Of a DNA stretch of 64,000 nucleotides, positions 24,474 to 57,981 are shown one piece after another. The DNA is from Phoronis australis (Eukaryota > Animalia > Phoronida), in contig NMRA01000089.1 of the NCBI GenBank assembly GCA_002633005.1, positions 248,001 through 312,000 of the forward strand. Reading direction: 5' to 3'. Within the stretch, counting starts at the first letter, position 1. The number at the start of each line of letters is the position of its first letter. Position numbers and translations under genes: made by a program. Under the pieces are notes generated by a model. The model had not been told where the DNA came from. It saw only the letters and a list, made by a program, of their open reading frames with translations, and made no database searches.

Positions 24474-26130
24474 CTTGCTCTTATTCGACCGCCAATGAAA
24501 TAGTCTTAACGTTGTCACAATTATGACTTGCAATGACTATTGTGGACGTAATGTTCTAATTACGGAACGGCGTAGTCACTCAACTAATTTTACGGCTAAT
24601 TTTCATTCATTCTTAGTCATGAAGGTATGTTATGAATTTGGCTTATGGTCAGCCGCCATGATGGTTAATTGTCCAGGTAATTTTGTTTTAATCATTTTGG
24701 CCTTTTACTGTAGTTTTTTTTATTCTACAATGGCTAAAAGTGGAGTAAACGGGTCCCTCTTCAAAATGGGTACTGGCAATCAGTTTCACTGAATAACGGA
24801 CATTGCTGTTATTCAGTGAAAACTGGATCTCGGCAGCCATTTCAAGAGGGACCCATTTCCTCCACTTTTATCCGCTGGTCTCTCTATGCGTGTTCAGATG
24901 TACCCAACACTAAGTTAAATAATCATTCACACTTGACCTTGAAAAACGAAAACGGTAATTTTGGCATTTCCTCATGTTCAAAATTGGTGAGCTTTCTCTG
25001 TATCCTACCTCAAGATTTAATTAGCAAGAACAGTGATGTTTACTTCATATAGCCAAATATGTTAGCGCAGTGGCCTGGGGCCAGTGGATTTGCGGCCAGG
25101 CCAGTAAACTTTTACAAATAGGCCCATGTGGATGTGGTCTCATATTCAAGTAACTGGCCCACCAAACCAGCACATTTATTCGCTGGAGCCATTGAAGGCC
25201 GAACTCTGGCTGAGTGCCATGTAATTGCCTGGAATGTAGACAGGTGACGTCATATCCCCTGGCGCGCGCAGTGTTAAAAATGGTGAGTTACCGATTTTGG
25301 GAACTGAACGAGGGATTGTTCGAAGAAAAAGTTTGATAACGGGAGTATTTGTTCGAGTTGGAAGAAATTAAATACATCGACGGCCTCCTAAACCTAAGGT
25401 GTTCCTCTATGGCTATGCGCAAAAAGTATCTATAACAACATAGTATTGATGTTTTAGTCAGTGTGAGGCATACTTCACCGAAAATCTTCCGGCTTATGAA
25501 GCGCCTATAGGAGCTTCACAGTCTCTACTGCGGAGCCAGTACTAGACTGTGATCACTGGAATGTGGTAGAACTAGGTGGACTCAGTTCTTACCAAGCGTT
25601 CCATTGTTATATTTCATGCTTGCATTCGTCTTTCATCCAAGTTCAAAGCTGAAAGTAGGCAACGTTGGCCAGTTGAACCATAGATTATAGATATTGACGA
25701 GTATCTATGACTGAACCAAAGATACTCTATTCTACTATGATATTCTTTGGTTGTACACAACTTGGAAGCTATCAAAAGGAAGTAGTTATTGTTTTCCTCC
25801 ACTATTACAGAAGCTTTCGACTACATTTACAAATCCTTTTAAAGAAATACAAAATTTCTCATTTCAAAATCATTTTTGCATTATTTAATAGGTATCAATT
25901 GTCATTTCATTAATTACTTATTACTGACCGAAACCATATTAATTTCACAAACGAATTGTGATCACACGAGGGCGCTGCAAAGCAACGAATGATAATTATT
26001 AGAGGGCGCTACGATCAGCTGTCCGGAAAAAATCTAAACAGCGACAAACAGCAATTTTGTACGTCTCTAACTTGCTCTAACTTGTTTCGAGAGCGTTTTT
26101 TTGAATACTGACTATAGGATAAGGATTTAC
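24474..26130. promoter_or_regulatory. Probable divergent promoter region for JKAMP (-) and PRORSD1 (+)
   Basis: The genes are head-to-head and CpG is locally enriched. YY1-like GCCGCCATG at ~24652, CRE TGACGTCA at ~25245, and two AGGGCGCT motifs at ~25969 and ~26003. Transcription starts cannot be placed. Confidence 0.45.
24735..24870. repeat. Foldback inverted repeat (~63-bp arms, short loop)
   Basis: TAAAAGTGGAG.AAA.GGGTCCCTCTT...TTTCACTGAATAAC pairs with GTTATTCAGTGAAA...AAGAGGGACCC.TTT.CTCCACTTTTA. Confidence 0.8.
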
Positions 26131-27487
26131 TAAGTTTGATGCATTTATTCGTTCACATTTCAACTACTGTCCTCTTGCCACTTGCGGTGTTCGGTGTTCG
26201 AATGGGCTGAAAAGAAGATAGACATTGCTGTGCGAAGCCAATAATTGCAAAAATTCTTTACATTGAACAAAAAATTGTCCAAATATATGTGTAATTCCAA
26301 ATTCACCCATACGCGATCTTGAGATTAAGCAGGATTCCAAGTTCACGCACAGCAACATCACCGCCACCTGCTAGTCATGATTCATGACGTGTCGTTAATT
26401 TCATGATCTGACTGTAATTTTGATATTACATTTAAAATTCCGGTGAAGTCAGTATGTGGCATAAATGCCTACTGGTGCTTGTAAGTGCGGTCTAAAGCTC
26501 ACGCACACATCCACGGCACTAGTCGCATGTAGTGTTTCTGGGGCAGATCTATAGCCAGCTAGTGATTATAGCCTACTCCGTGGTGCAAAAGCTGGCTATC
26601 TAACATCTTCTTTTTTAGGTACTATTTTATTACCATAGACATCCTATATGCCTTATGGACTAGTAAATTCCAGTCCGTACTTGACAATATTTTGCCCCTA
26701 GGTGGTGCAGCTGAAAAATTCGGATACTGTATCCATCTAGAGAATGCCTCGAAAAATCGGGAACCACTTTACACGGAGCTTCCATGAAAAATCACCCTTT
26801 TGTTGGGTTCTGTTCCAAAATGTAACCAAACTCTTTTGTAGGGATTCTTGGACATGTAAATTTTAACTCCAACCTAAGAAGAGATGCCTTCAAAAATGAT
26901 AGATCTTTCGCTACCAAAGTATTAAAAAATTAAGATAATATTAAGGCCCATTCTGCAGATTTGTGGTTTGTTGAATTTCTAACTCCCACTGTGAAACTCC
27001 TCTGTAGGGAATATTTTCAGAATAGGACACCCATTCATTAGGTAAATTGTCATACAAAGTCACTGTTTGAAGCCGGGCACAGTCAGTGTACCTTTCTAAG
27101 GAAAGAACTCTGGACTAAAATTAATTCCAGCACAACCTAAGGGTTTATTTGTGGAATAAGCACCCTGAAAGTTTAAAATGTCAATTTGTCGATGCTTTTA
27201 TCAATGCTTTAACTCGCTTTTTATACCAAGCTTGTGAATGCCAACATTGTCAAATTTAATTGTCATTTTGTCTGATGTGTCATAAACTACATGTGTAAGC
27301 AGAACTGTTAGAACCGTCACTCGTTCACATGTTGTCTGTCTGGGCCTTTAATTGGTCAAGACAGAAAGTGCTACTGAAATATTTACTTTACGTCAGTTTC
27401 AAAAACTGTAGCACTACCAGTGATGCTAGTAAAGTGACTGTACCAAAAACAATTATTGCGAACTTGTCTTTTCCAGTTTTGTGAAAG

Positions 27488-28639
27488 ATGGCTGATGAAC
27501 AAGCTGACAGGAAGCACTTAACAGAAAGTGACCTGCTGGCCATGTTTAAAAGGCTGGACATTGAAACGACCACTATAGAGCATCCAGAGGTATTGTACTT
27601 TATAGCAAAAAGTGAAATTATACAATGTATTTTGTTCATGCACCTGTGTATTGTGAAGCAGTGCCTATCGGAAATTAGGTGCATGCTTCTTCTATGTCCA
27701 AAGCGCTTTAGTAAAACTGACAAACAAAAATTTTGAAATGTGTGAATGAAGCTTGACTTATCTGTTGCAAAATGTAAATGTAATGGGATTGACTTGTATT
27801 CAATGAAACTTGAGTTTTAAGCATCAGTAAATTGACTTGAAATGCAAAAAAACAATAGGGGTTTAGATCAGTTACTGTGTTATAAAATTGGTTGTCTTAA
27901 ACCGTTGCTTAATAGTCAGATTGTGTATGATATAAGGGCTTTGAAGAAACAGAAAATTGTTAATGCTCAAGATCATTCTCTACAAGTTGACTTATCACAG
28001 TCATTTTATGCACCAGGCATGTTACTAACTGTCAGTTCCCTGAAGTAACTTCTCATTTTAATAAGGAACAATTCAAGACCAATGTTATAGCAGTAAGTGA
28101 TCTAAATCATAAGTTTCTCGACAGCCGCTTTAAGTATGAAATGTACTAAGGACGTTATTCTAAATATAAAGTTTGATATAGATTTACAATTTATTATTTT
28201 ACAGGTGTTTACAGTGGATGCAATGATGGTTTATTTACGAAATATCCCTGGTGGAGTGACAAAAAACTTATTCTTGAAAGACAAGAGGAAGAAACTGTAT
28301 TTACTGTGTACCCAGCATAAAGTCATGGTGAAACTCAACGATGTTGCTAAACAGATTGGTGCATCTAGTGGACTTAGATTTGCCGAGGAGTCTGTATTGT
28401 ACGAGAAACTGGGTGTGACTAAAGGATGCGTCACTGCTTTTGCGTTGATCAATGACGTCAAACACGAAGTTGGACTAATTGTTGATGATTCTTTGGTGAA
28501 TGGAACTTATGAACATATTTATTTTCATCCTTTGCGAAATTCTGCCTCAACAGGTATAACACCTGCTGATTTTTTAAAATTCATTAATGCTACTGGACAT
28601 TCTATAAAAACAGTTCAGTTCGAACCTGCGCAATATTAG
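27488..28639 (+). CDS. PRORSD1: Prolyl-tRNA synthetase-associated domain protein 1 (PrdX/ProX, YbaK-family trans-editing deacylase), ~178 aa
   Basis: Exons 27488-27589 and 28205-28639 (phase 0). Motifs HPEVFTV, KNLFLKDK, LRFA, LGVTKGCVTAFAL and FHPLRN. An acceptor at 27476 implies an upstream UTR exon. Confidence 0.92.
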
Positions 28640-28779
28640 GATATCTTTCAGTAAAACTAGCTTTAGTTGGTCATTAGGTTGCAACAGAAAGCAAGAGGGC
28701 CAACCCGGATTATAAAGTGACGCTGGAGTCTCGCTGTATTTACCCACAAATTTTCTTGCTTACTCTATTCCTCCTTCCA

Positions 28780-28910
28780 ATGCCAACAAAGTATTACTGC
28801 TGTGATGTGGGCTGCGACTCGGATGTGAGAAGGTTTGATAAATTGGACAAATACCCGTGTATGCGCGATCTGAAATTCATTGCCTTCCCGACATCAAGGA
28901 AACACGAAAA
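28780..28910 (+). pseudogene. Truncated THAP-domain relic (transposon-derived)
   Basis: MPTKYYCCDVGCDSDVRRFDKLDKYPCMRDLKFIAFPTSRKH has the CCxxGC start and FxxFP motif of THAP. The W and C-terminal C/H residues are missing. Confidence 0.55.
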
Positions 28911-31489
28911 TGTGCTTGATTTCCAAAATGAGGTCACGCGCTTTCTAATCTCCAGGACAAAGGAGAGTTGTATTACCGTGTAATCCGGGACTGTCCTATT
29001 TTTGTAACTACAGCTATAGGATGCATGTGTTGATTTGAAACTAGTCATGACTAACAATATAAATTTTATTGACACTTTCTCATTTAATTACAGCGGATTG
29101 CAACATGTCCAGATCACATATTCTCCAACAAAATAACATTGCAAATCAACCTTGCAAGATTTATCTTGCTATTATAATTGTAAGCTTTAAAATGGCTTTG
29201 TGTTACACGCCTAAAGCCACAGCTGTTGTACGTTTCAAGCAACACACTTGTTCTGTAAAAACAATACATACATATGTCAAGGTCATTCAAAGGTTCACAA
29301 AAAGAGTTTTTTATGACACAGGTGGTACGGACAACACTAGTATTATGTTTTGTGCGTTTCTCCATGACAGCTTCGCCATGCGAATTTTAAATTGTACATA
29401 GACCTGCCACTAGTTCACCATACAATCAAGCTATGTGTAGAATTAGAAACAAACGCGTTCTCCAATATGATTATGCAACAACCGTACATCACATTAAAAG
29501 GACATAAAAACTAAGTGTATCACAGTAGAAAGAGTTGTTATGGACACTAGCTCTATTTAGTTGCATCAGGAAGACTTCCCGCAACAAAAGTTTTCCACAG
29601 TAAGCTGCACTGATATACAGCAGTTAATGCAGGAGCTGATCCAGAAAGGGGGGTTTGATCTGACAATTACAAATAATGTGACAAAGAGTTCAAATCATGA
29701 AATTTATTAACGTCCATTCAGTTACTTCATTCTCTATGGTGACGAGTATGAATGGAATTCTATAAAAGACTAGTTCACTTCAATACTGGTGATAAATAAT
29801 TTGTAACAAGAACTATACACAATTAAAACCATAATTAAGCAAAGATAAATTCTTTTCAAAGTTGATAAAATATCTCAATATATAAAACACTTGAACGTGT
29901 ATAAGACAATGTCAATACCATACCTATTGATAAGTGTTGAAACAAATAACAGTTGTGCATTCCACATAATGTAGACAGAAATCAGAGAAATGGTGCAACA
30001 GTATCAGGATAGAATATCCATCAATCACTAACAACGGGAAGATTCTCCCTGACAGCATTCTTTTCTCATGAACACAATTCTTCTCTAATGAGCAGTTGTC
30101 CTTGGGGAAAATTTTGCAGTTCACTAGAAAATGTTTTTAGTAGCAAAGAAATGCATTCACAATAAACAAACTTGCTCCAAGAGAAAGGAATGAATTGTTT
30201 CCATGAAAAAGCATGCTTTTAGTTAGAATGTCAATGTGGTTTGTGAGAGGAACACAGTCTACCTTTTGTAAGTCATTGCACAAAATATATTTTAACATTT
30301 GTACTCTGCAACTCGCGTCAGTGCCCAACATTACAGCAAAAATTTTCATTATCATTTATCTCGATGTTACACACTATGGGGACTCGTGAAAACATTGTGT
30401 TGGTGACTAGTTTCAGCAATTTTAAGAAATAGCAATGCTCCGTTGATATAAAATGCAGGGTCCGATATTTGAGAAATATGATTAATTCCAAAATCACCCA
30501 TGTTCCGCATCAGAAACAATTTCACCATGAATTTTGATGTTCCAAATTTTAGAGAACATCCTTAACTGGAGAATTTTTACTGCAGATAAGAATTTCAATG
30601 CTTATGGCGATGATCTGCTATTGTTTGAGGATATTCTCATTCATTGCGTATATATGGGCAAGTGTCACCTGACAGTGTCACCTGATAGTGTCATCTGGCA
30701 GTGTCACCTGACAGTGTCACTTTAAGTGAGACCCCTGCATAAAGGTACACTTTTCACAAAACATATTGCAGGATCAAAATTCCCAGATCAAGTAAAAGAC
30801 CAACAAAGATGGAATACATTTCGCAATCTAAGTGTCTCGAAATAAACTGAGGCTTGCAGACACGAGAAAATTTCAATAAGTTACAGTCAAACATCTTTGC
30901 TACCCAAACGAAGTTACAATAACAACTTCGAGCTCTCAGACAAGATGCTGATAACCAAAGTGCAATAGAAAATTCTATTGAGTGCTGAGTGCAGCACTCA
31001 TAGCCCTAAAGACACTCAAATATACAATCTTCAAGATCATTATTTGGCCTATATTCAATTAAAGAGCCTCATTGTTAACAGTTTTGCAGAGACGACTCCA
31101 TGCAATAACCAGAACGGAAAAAATCTACCATTGATTAATCCCTTCAATATTCATGGATACGTGCGATCTAAAAACGAACATACAAGCAAGCAACAACATG
31201 ATGACATCACATAATTCACGACTGTGTTAAATTTATTACAGTAATTCTTCATGCGCTCAACAAACAATATGGCCGACAAGGGAAATTCTATTTTGTTGTG
31301 TATTTCTCCACAAAAAGAAGGATTAAGAAAATTTTAGTTTACTACTAAAAAATAATTGCAGGCGGTCATATACAGGTTACACCAGACATGCGCAAACCGC
31401 TCAAATGAATCCATTGCCCTGATCACCTGGTAGCATTTTCACACTTTAGTAATATGTAGTTAAAATCGAGCTCAGACGCTAGAGACCTA

Positions 31490-31583
31490 ACTCAAGGGTC
31501 TAGCAGTGTGCCCCAGAGGGACTCGAACCCACAACCTTGAGTAAGGGAAGTGGGCACTTATCTCATTTACCCACACTGACTCC
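31490..31583 (-). mobile_element. tRNA-derived SINE fragment
   Basis: The minus strand has a Pol III B box GGTTCGAGTCC (~31519-31529) downstream of a degenerate A-box region. No full cloverleaf. Confidence 0.5.
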
Positions 31584-32060
31584 TCTAGTCTATTACTAGC
31601 ATGATTTGAACTTAGTGGATGACACAAAACAACATTTGGTAAAGACCACCTTAAAAAACTGGAATTATGACAATCTGGCAATTACTTTTGTGGACGACAC
31701 ATATTGTATATCACCGCTTTCTGTCAAGAAGTAATTTTTGACTTCAACCACTTACAGTTACCATATAAACATGGTATCCCATTCTTCTTTTCACAAGAAC
31801 AAGTGATTTCTGCTCTCAGAAAGAACTAACACCTAATTACTACAGACTTCAGACCAAACTTGGCATGTAAAATGACCAAGGAGGTCACGTAAACTTGTTG
31901 AGCCTACGGGTTTCAACCAATAACAAATTGTCACTTCTTAAACCCAGAACCAATTCTAATCTAAATATGAAACAGTAATTAGATAATCAATTTCATGATG
32001 GTATGGTATGTTGTATAAATCAAAAATTATTTTTGATATAAGGTCGGCTTCATGGCAGCT

Positions 32061-52917
<20,857 letters not shown>

Positions 52918-53199
52918 TTTGTATCTTCACATTTGTCAATTTTTAGTTGTTTATGGATTACAGGTTGTGAATCAAGCCATTTCCCACAATGCTCAGGCAA
53001 ATTAGGAAATCAAGTTCCGTATACCAATCGATAGGTGTCGTTTCCTACCGTAAATGTATAATAAAGCGCCTTTGGCGATTGTCTCTTATTTTCAGGAAAA
53101 GGAGGAAAATCGAGGAATATTTTGGTAGATATCTTAGTTGCATTTGAAAGAATCAAATCTGTGTGATAGTATCCGGAGGCAGCTTGGGTGGGTAATTTT

Positions 53200-54300
53200 C
53201 CCTTTTGAAGCTACCGTAGTCTAGCTGAAGTCACTGGGCCCTGGCTCAGTAGCATCCGTCGATCCCGCGGCCCGGCTGGTGTAGGCGCTACGATGACGGT
53301 CCTATGTGTGTACACGCCGGGGCTTAAAATGACTCGCTAGCCTATTCATACCTCAGTTGCAATCGACCCAAACTACCATGCAGGCTACACTGTCCGACAG
53401 TTTCGGCCTGGGCAACTTCATTGTGAGACAGGCGATCACGTCAGTAGGCCTATACCCAGCCCCGGCGGTCAGTGCGGCCGCTCGCCGCCGGGGTGAGTTC
53501 ACGATATATCCGAAACAAAAAATAAAGTGAATGGCTAGGCTGCTTATATCAAACAAAAATAGTGAATAACTAGACGGTTAAAATTTAATTATTTTTGAGC
53601 GGGGGCTCGAATTTTTTACTCGGATGATCTTTAACTAAGTTCACTGGGTACGTTCGTGAACAGGCAGCTATGGGCTGTTGCAGCTCCGAATTTTGGTAGC
53701 GGGTCCTGACTTTTCAATGGACTTTTGTCTCGTTGTCTACTTTTTTCGGAGTCTTTGTAGGCTGAGGCAGACCTTTTCCCCATTTCGTCAAATGGGTGCG
53801 CGCATGTGTAATGCTGTGGCAATATTTTTATCAGTAGATCTACGTACGTCGTGACTCACGGCCACCATGACTATTTAAATAAAACGGTGCATTAATTGAA
53901 ATTCCGACGATTTCATGTTTAGCCTCAGTCCACCCCTGACGGTTCAAGCGTGTACAGCTGATAAAACGTCTTATCACAGGGCACACAAATCAAGGAAAAT
54001 TAGATTTCCTGTTTGTTCACATACTAAAATATACCGTTTCCTCGTCCACCGCTGTCGTCACCATTGAGTTTGCCAAACTGACGGCCGGGCGCCGGGTCGT
54101 CCCTATACGGAAAAAAATTTCGCACACAAAAGAACAAAGCGATTTTAAAAAGATTTGACCAAGCTTTTGGATTTCTATGAAACATATATGTCCCCAACAA
54201 TGACTGAGGTCCTCGATCCGCTTTTTGACAAGGTTTACCTTCTGTTCCCGGTGACTGGCGAGGTCACTGCAAACCGTAACCCGACTGAGCTGAAAAGTGA
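53200..54300 (-). promoter_or_regulatory. CpG-rich promoter / 5' UTR region of MSK
   Basis: GC and CpG are enriched directly upstream of the MSK ATG (52917). Candidate minus-strand splice donors at ~53350 and ~54237. Confidence 0.45.
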
Positions 54301-57300
54301 ACAGAAAGTAAAAAATGAAGTCGAGACAATATTTTGCAACGACTTCATCAGTTCTGTATGATTATAACTAGGGAGAAATTACTCTGAGATTTATGAAGTT
54401 AATTAAAGAGAGATTAATCGGTTTTGTGCCTGACTACAAAAACGCATTTTTCAGTGGGGGGATTGATTGTTGCCGGATCAGTGGGGTGGACTTCATAAAG
54501 ATATTTACTTTGAGCAGAGCTATAAAATAACAACATCCGTTTTTTGTGATTTTATTGTAATTGATATTGCCGTACGGTCTGTCAGACATCCCTGTTTGAA
54601 ATCGAGGCCATAGACTTCTCCAGAAAAGTACCACGCTAGATATACTCTGTCATACAATCAAGTGGCCGGGATTTAGCCCCGCCAGTAAGCTAAGAGTGTT
54701 TGACTGCGACCTAAATGTTTCTACTGAGGTTCAGTGACACAGAGGCAGTGATTTCTGAAAATTACACTCGTCGATGCGACGTAGCGGTTGTGATTTAGTT
54801 ATCGCGGTATTCAAAAGGTTTGTTTGAGTGCCTGTAAAATACTGCGAGCTTGATGGATTTCACTTAATCAATACTGTGGCAATACAAAAATCTGACCCTC
54901 TGAAAGTGACACATAAAAAATTGTGCGAAAAATGTCATCATCATCAATCACGAAATTTCACAGTTACTATAGTTTAGTTTGATACCTTTGTAAAACGCTT
55001 TTAATAAGTTTCAGTAGTATATTAGTTTAGTACTCTGAAAAGGGCTTTGAATATTTTTGATCAACTTTTAACAGCGTTTGACATTGAGCGGCCAAGGTCA
55101 CCCAATGCAGACACTGTGTATAACGCTCCTGAAGAATGAAGTCACGGGAGCAGATAATCATAAGCACTATATCATGGAGGGGTGGAGAATACGCCTGCGT
55201 CCTAGCTTGAGCCTGCGGCACAAAAATATATTGTATGAGAGACCTGTTACACCGAGGTCTTCTTGCCTTACGAAAAAAAAAATCGTCTGCAGGGGAAGCT
55301 ATTGGATATTATAAGAAATCAAGCACAATTGTACGATTTTAATTTGGGATAAGATGGCACCCGCTGGTGCTGTACCCTAGCTATTGGGGCATATCTGAGG
55401 ACCACTGGCTCACACCCATCACCCTGCTCGATTGGTGTTCATGAAATTCAAATGTGTTTTATTAGAGAGAATTTTTGAACGTCTGTCTCTACTTCCCTTT
55501 GAGGCAAGTGTAGAGCTGCCAACTCCAATGGAAATGCTCGAAATAATAACTTCTGAGTGCTTTGGTGTTTGTAATGCACTCAGTCAGACGCATGTCATCG
55601 TTCTACGAATGATAAAAATAGACAGATGCTACAGTTGGACTGGCTAATGTGACAACGTAAATCGTGAAAATAACCGGGGTATTTCGTTATGCGGGATCCC
55701 GGCGGCTTGGTGCAGTCGTGACCATGAACCTGGTCGTCTTAAGTGGAGAACCTGAGAGAGAGGCAGCTAAACGGGCAACTATTGATTTTCATCTACGGCG
55801 GCGAGCTCCGACTAGACAATTGAATTGAAGGTGAATGTAGGTTGGTTAATTCCAAATAGATTTTTTGCGAAGGTACGCATGCTACTAAGTGTGTGGGAAT
55901 CAGGAATTCCGCTGATTTTTAAGGACAGTAAAAATCATGTCTTTGTGCTGGTTATGGTTCGTTTCTTGACATTTCATGGCAATAATTGGGATATTGTATC
56001 ATCCGTTATGGCATTAAAACTACTTTCTCGGTTAGAAAAGCAATTTTACAGAAATAAGCTGTGGCGGGGACTAGAGCCCACCAACTGGACAGTAGCAGTC
56101 GAACGCAGTTCAGCTGCCGAGAGTCAAAGCCCAGTCAAAAGCGAAAATTGGCAATTTGTTACAAAATCGCAAAACACAACGAATTTTGTTTATTTATAGC
56201 TCTCGTCAAAGTTATTAACTTCAAGAAGTCTAACACATTCTACAATGGTCATCACCTAATTGCGCATTTTGCCGCAAAAAGGTAACACAAATGCAATTCT
56301 TTCTCTATCCAAGCTCTCATTTTTAGAATAATGATTTTATCTCAATATTTAATTATTTCCAATATTAATAAAGTTATTATTTATAATTTACAGAGACGGG
56401 GTTTAGAGGTAATTTGACATGTACTTTTATCGCTGACTGGTCAGCAGCGTACTTAAATTGATTGGTTGTTGGCATTTTGATAACTTGTGAATAATTTAGG
56501 GACAAAATAATCGCTTGAAGAGGTAACATAAGGGCCCATCACAAATCTCCGGAAATTTTAATGACTCTTAGTGCAAAATATAGATCGCAGAGCTTGTTAA
56601 TCCCAGTGTTGCTACAGGCTTTTTGCCCGCGGACCTTCACATTTTTTCTTACGCAAACACGCACTGGATTTCGATTTTTAACCGCAAAGACCTTTTGGTT
56701 GCACACCTCGCCACTTGTCCTACCACTAACACGAAACCCTCTCGATATCACAACTGCTGGTGCTTGTGGAAGCGAGGACAACGCTCAAGCTGGCACGAGG
56801 CCAGGTAGACCTAAAGCAACTAAACCATTCTCCTCAGATGTTTTCGAACGACTTATACGTGGAATCCAACTATACACAGTGTGGCAGACACACAAAACGT
56901 GCTGACAACTTAGCACCACGATAGTGATTGAAGGTTTTGGCCAAGTTTGTCAGTTTCCGCTCGTCATGCCCAATCCGTTTCAACAAGATTAGGCCTATAT
57001 TCAGGAAGGGCTCGGACGTTCTGGTAACGGATTTGTCGGGTCATTCGGAACAAAAATTTGTATTTCTGTAATGCTGTTTTGATTGAAGTTCGCACATTCA
57101 TTCACCTCCGTAGGGAAATTTAGTACTATGCGAAAATATCCGGGGCCCCCAGACAAGTTTTGGTCAGCGTGACGGAGCACTTAACACACATAAATTTCAC
57201 CTTAAAACTATCCGCATCTACACCCCCCCCAAGCGATGATTTAGAGAGCTTTGTGGAGACTAACCACCGAAGCAAAATTCTCGTTCTTGGACAATGGCAT

Positions 57301-57457
57301 GAAAACTCAACGAAATTGGAATATGTTTTTAAAACCAATTTTGTACTTATTTTTAGAATGCACCTTGCACCTTGTTCCTATTGCAAAAGATGAAATTCCG
57401 TTATGGGAATGGCTGGTAGTCACGTGACCATTTGCAACAAATTGTGAAGTAATTTAA

Positions 57458-57981
57458 GGTTATGCAGGACCCTATAAAATGTCCAAATTTGGCCGATTTA
57501 AGAACATCGTATCTCAAAACTGGCTGACCGGATTCATACGACACTATGGTACAAAAAGGCGTACTGTTCTCACAAACGCTGTCAGGGATAGTTTTTGATA
57601 TGTTCTATTCTTGCAATAGGGGCCATCATGACAGACCTTTATGATTTTATGAAAAATCTTTAAGTTGCATAAAACGAAAGCAAATTATTTTTTAAAACTG
57701 CGACAGCCTTTTTGATATCTCATCTTGATCATTTACATCAAATTAAACTTGATCACGTCATTGATACCGTTGTTTTGCGATCAATTTACTTTTCCCTTAA
57801 ATTCTTAATTTTACTAAAGACATGGTCACGTTACGTGACCAAATCGAAAACACAGGTAAAAATAAAAAAAATCAAATTCTGTAAGCTTTCTACTTACAGA
57901 GAGTAGACTCAGAGTTATAATCTATAGTCTTCTAGATATCTTGGTAAATGCACAATCATGTCTACAAGGTCCTACATAACC
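57458..57981. mobile_element. 524-bp TTAA-flanked TIR element, Kolobok-like
   Basis: TTAA|GGTTATGCAGGACC at 57454-57471 and GGTCCTACATAACC|TTAA ending at 57985. A further related right end, GGACCTTCATACCC|TTAA, lies at 58883-58900. Confidence 0.75.

Noticed and set aside
31490-31583. tRNA gene (also 36470-36574)
   Set aside because: A B box is present but there is no acceptor or anticodon stem pairing, so a SINE head explains it better.
53631-53822. ORF as the first coding exon of MSK
   Set aside because: It ends in a stop. The true first exon is 52917-52860 (TVTHELKD, phase matches exon 2). At most this is a uORF.
54400-57450. CpG-rich intergenic stretch with several 60-124 aa ORFs
   Set aside because: I found no recognisable domains, consistent splice structure or confident termini. 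It is probably repeat-derived but cannot be classified by eye.
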